A stretch of 64,000 nt of DNA, taken from positions 416,001-480,000 of the forward strand of contig CAWGLD010000001.1 in NCBI GenBank assembly GCA_963823335.1. The letters are read 5' to 3'. A model generated the notes under the pieces. That model did not search any database, was not told where the DNA came from, and saw only the letters and a program-made list of their open reading frames with translations. The translations under genes were made by a program, and so were the position numbers. Numbering within the stretch: position 1 is the first letter of the stretch; each line of letters starts with the position of its first letter. Below, one piece after another: positions 61,017-64,000 of the stretch. The DNA comes from an uncultured delta proteobacterium. Its GTDB lineage: Bacteria; Desulfobacterota; Desulfobacteria; Desulfobacterales; B30-G6.

Positions 61017-61772
61017 CTAGTATGGATTGATGTAGCCCCCGGATACCCGCACAATCTGACCCGTGATGTAAGAAGACTCATCCGACGACAAAAAAGCAAC
61101 GGCAGCTGCAATTTCATCCGGCAGGCCCAGTCGCCTGAGGGGGGTCAGTGCCATCACACGATCCATCATTTTACTGTTTTCTTTCAGCGACTGGTTCATT
61201 TCTGTATCGATGGAACCCGGAGCCACGGCATTAACTCTGATGCCGTAACGGGCTTCCTCCTTTGCCAATGAGACCGTAAAAGAAACAATGGCCGATTTTA
61301 TGGCGCTGTAAAGGCCGAAACTGGAAACATGATCGAAAGCAAACGTGGAGCTCATATTTACAATGGCTCCCTGACCGGTGGGCCGGATTAAAGGCAGCAG
61401 CATTTTGGTCATCAGGTAAGGACCTTTTAGGTTGACGGCCACATTCCGATCAAAATCAGCTTCATCCATATCCGCCCATTTTGAAGCCGAAAGAATACCG
61501 GCATTGTTAACCAAAATATCGATCTTTCCAAATCTGGATCGAAGTTCTTCAGCCAGTTCCGAAACATCAGCCGTCTTTGAAATATCGCATGTCATGGGAG
61601 TGGCCATACCATTGGCAGCACAAATGCTTTGGGCACATGCATCGGCTGTTTCTGCTTGAATGTCGGTAACAATTACCTGCGCACCGTCGGTAGCCAAACG
61701 TCTGCATATGGCAGCTCCAATGCCTTGACCGCCTCCCGTCACCAGGGCAATCCTGTCGGATAAAGCACTCAT
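61017..61772 (-). CDS. Short-chain dehydrogenase/reductase (FabG-like)
   Basis: TGGGQGIG, NNAG, YSAIK. Confidence 0.93.
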   Translation of the reverse strand: MSALSDRIALVTGGGQGIGAAICRRLATDGAQVIVTDIQAETADACAQSICAANGMATPMTCDISKTADVSELAEELRSRFGKIDILVNNAGILSASKWADMDEADFDRNVAVNLKGPYLMTKMLLPLIRPTGQGAIVNMSSTFAFDHVSSFGLYSAIKSAIVSFTVSLAKEEARYGIRVNAVAPGSIDTEMNQSLKENSKMMDRVMALTPLRRLGLPDEIAAAVAFLSSDESSYITGQIVRVSGGYINPY

Positions 61773-61774
61773 GA

Positions 61775-62680
61775 TTAATCCTTTTTTGCGGCGCAAGGGG
61801 CTGGGGCCACTTTAGATCCATCTGCATTATACGCATACCAGCCAGTGCCCGTCTTTTTTCCCAGCCTGCCAGCTTTGACCATGCGACGCAAAAGGACTGG
61901 TGGCAGATATTTGGGGTCTTTGGTTTCAGCATAAATGGCGTCGCAGGCGTTCAAGGTCACATCCAGACCAACCAGATCACCCAGTTCAAAAATTCCCATG
62001 GGGCGACCAAACGCCAGTTTGACACCCTGATCCACATCTTCGATGGTCGCAACCCCCTGTTCCACCATGCGTATGGCTTCCAGATTTGATGGAAGATTAA
62101 TGCGGTTCAAAAGAAACCCCGGAATATCATGATTGACCACGATGGGTCGTTTCTCAAGAGACACGATAAACTGCGTTGTAACATCCATGGTATCATCACT
62201 CGTTTCCATACCCCGCACAACTTCAACGGCTTTTAGCATCGGTACAGGATTGAAAAAGTGAATCCCGATGACACGTTCGGGCTTGATGGCTGAAGCAGCG
62301 AGCGCCGTAATCGAAATGGCCGAGGTGTTGGTTCCGATGATGGCGGCGGGATCAATGACCTGAGATAATTCTTGGATAATACCCGTTTTGACCTCAATAT
62401 CCTCATAGACAGCCTCTATGGCCATATCGGCATTACCGCAGGCCGCCAGTTCCTGGCTGTATTCTATCCGCGCCATTATGGTCGACACTGACTCGGACAA
62501 CTTTTTTTTATGGGCAAAGCGACCCAGTGAATTATTGATACTATCTTTGGCCCGATCCAATTGTTGCGGGTCAAGATCAACGAGCGTTACACGGTATCGG
62601 GCAACGGCGCAAACCTGGGCGATACCGGCGCCCATGGTACCTGCACCCACCACGCTTATTTGCTTTAAATTCAATACCAA
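61775..62680 (-). CDS. 3-hydroxyacyl/3-hydroxybutyryl-CoA dehydrogenase
   Basis: GAGTMGAGIA, EAVYE, TNTS, HFFNP, PGFLLNR and GRLGKKTG. Confidence 0.93.
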   Translation of the reverse strand: MVLNLKQISVVGAGTMGAGIAQVCAVARYRVTLVDLDPQQLDRAKDSINNSLGRFAHKKKLSESVSTIMARIEYSQELAACGNADMAIEAVYEDIEVKTGIIQELSQVIDPAAIIGTNTSAISITALAASAIKPERVIGIHFFNPVPMLKAVEVVRGMETSDDTMDVTTQFIVSLEKRPIVVNHDIPGFLLNRINLPSNLEAIRMVEQGVATIEDVDQGVKLAFGRPMGIFELGDLVGLDVTLNACDAIYAETKDPKYLPPVLLRRMVKAGRLGKKTGTGWYAYNADGSKVAPAPCAAKKD

Positions 62681-62828
62681 CTCCTTTACCTTACCAAGCC
62701 TGGAAAAAGATGCTTTGTTATATTTTTAAACCATTAGTTTTTTTTTGAACCAATATTCTAAACTATAATCAAAACCGATATTCCTGTCAAGATAATTCCA
62801 GTACCTGATCGTATAGGACTGCCATATC

Positions 62829-62879
62829 GAACAACCCCGCAGCAAGCGACGGGATTAGCGTTCACTCTCCCGGTTCAAA
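62829..62879. repeat. Degenerate family B repeat
   Basis: AACCCCGCAGCAAGCGACGGGATTAGCG...CGGTTCAA. Confidence 0.6.
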
Positions 62880-64000
62880 CACCGGTACACGCCTTATAAA
62901 AGCGGCACATCCGCTGGATTCCTTCCTCGACATCCTCCTTGTTTGCGCAATATGAAATACGGATGATTTGATCAGACTTGGGACCAAACGTCAGACCTGG
63001 CGCGATGGCAACGCCCGTGGCATCAAGCAATTGGGTAGAAAAATCGTAGGAGCCAAGACCGGTATCGGAGATACCAAGCATCAGATAAAAAGCGCCTTGG
63101 GGCATTGAATAACCAATACCAGCCTTTTCCAGAGCATCCACACAGATGTCTTTGCGTTCCGCATAAGACCTCACCATCTCTGCAATACAGTCTTGAGGCC
63201 CTGTCAGGGCTGCCTGGGCAGCAATCTGTGAAACCGAAGACGCACAGGACAGGTAGCTCTCGATGGCTCTGCCCATGGCCTTGGCCACGGGTTGCGGGGC
63301 TACATAGTAACCGATACGCCAACCCGTCATGGCATAGGTTTTGGACGTGGCAAAAATAGAGATAACCCGACCATCCGGATCCAATGATGCCGGTGAAAAG
63401 TGCTCCCCTTCGTAGAGGATACGTTCATAGACCTCATCGGAAATAAGATAGATGTCATGTTTCTCACACATCTCCAGCAGGTCTTGCATGACCTGACGGG
63501 AAAAAACAGCCCCTGTGGGATTCCCCGGCGAATTAATGACGATACCCCGTGTTCTTGAGGATATCATGGATTCGATGCCGGAAATATCGGGCTGAAAATT
63601 TGAATCCAGGGAGAGATGATAATATACGGGCTTCAGACCGATGACCACCGATTGGGTATGATAGTTCGGCCAGCCTGGATCAGGGATCAGGATTTCATCC
63701 CCTTTTTCACTGATGGCCATCATGGCAGCAGCTACGGCAAAAACACCACCGGGGGTTACACCGATTTGTTCAAACTTAGCATCAATATTGTTTTCTTTCG
63801 TCACTTTTTCCAGGATGGCTTCACGCAAAGACGGCATACCCGCGTGGGTTGTGTAATGCGTCTTTCCCTCTCTGATGGCAGAGATAGCTGCCTCCTGGAT
63901 GTGCGCCGGTGTATCAAACCCGGGATCACCGATTTCCAGGTGGTACGATTCCTCCAATAAAACAGCTTTGTCCAGAATCATACGGATACCGGAGCGTGTT
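62875..64000 (-). CDS. PLP-dependent aminotransferase class I/II (start beyond window end)
   Basis: IGDPGF, NSPGNPTG, DEVYE and SKTYAMTGWRIG; frame open to the window edge (RSGIRMILD). Confidence 0.95.
   Translation of the reverse strand, partial: TRSGIRMILDKAVLLEESYHLEIGDPGFDTPAHIQEAAISAIREGKTHYTTHAGMPSLREAILEKVTKENNIDAKFEQIGVTPGGVFAVAAAMMAISEKGDEILIPDPGWPNYHTQSVVIGLKPVYYHLSLDSNFQPDISGIESMISSRTRGIVINSPGNPTGAVFSRQVMQDLLEMCEKHDIYLISDEVYERILYEGEHFSPASLDPDGRVISIFATSKTYAMTGWRIGYYVAPQPVAKAMGRAIESYLSCASSVSQIAAQAALTGPQDCIAEMVRSYAERKDICVDALEKAGIGYSMPQGAFYLMLGISDTGLGSYDFSTQLLDATGVAIAPGLTFGPKSDQIIRISYCANKEDVEEGIQRMCRFYKACTGV

Noticed and set aside
4714-62879. CRISPR array from the recurring palindromic repeats
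   Set aside because: Copies are kilobases apart with no regular repeat-spacer period and no cas genes

Overview
Chromosomal window that looks like an anaerobic Desulfobacterota-type (deltaproteobacterial) genome; the taxonomy is inferred from gene content only. 1-10 kb: exported hydrolases (DUF1254 lipoprotein, S1/P1 nuclease, alkaline phosphatase, alpha/beta hydrolase, outer-membrane phospholipase A), several of them frameshifted, then an internally deleted IS630. 10-35 kb: perR-rubrerythrin, a TetR-SulP-two-component block, ilvD, a decayed patch (HU, MmyB-like and higB fragments, intact higA) between two inverted IS630-type MITEs, an OmpA lipoprotein and acyl-CoA enzymes. 35-64 kb: a large, almost entirely minus-strand catabolic island that runs off the window end. 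It holds an aminotransferase, IorAB, a FrhB-like protein, 3 flavin/Fe-S ene-reductases, 5 SDRs, 3 EthD-like proteins, beta-oxidation enzymes, an amino-acid ABC transporter and a TetR. The top finding sits inside this island: four short ORFs are best read as two tandem AhpD/CMD-family selenoprotein genes, each with an in-frame TGA in a C-R-Y-U motif followed by a SECIS-like hairpin. Intergenic DNA carries at least three families of small non-autonomous repeats. No rRNA, tRNA or CRISPR array was seen.
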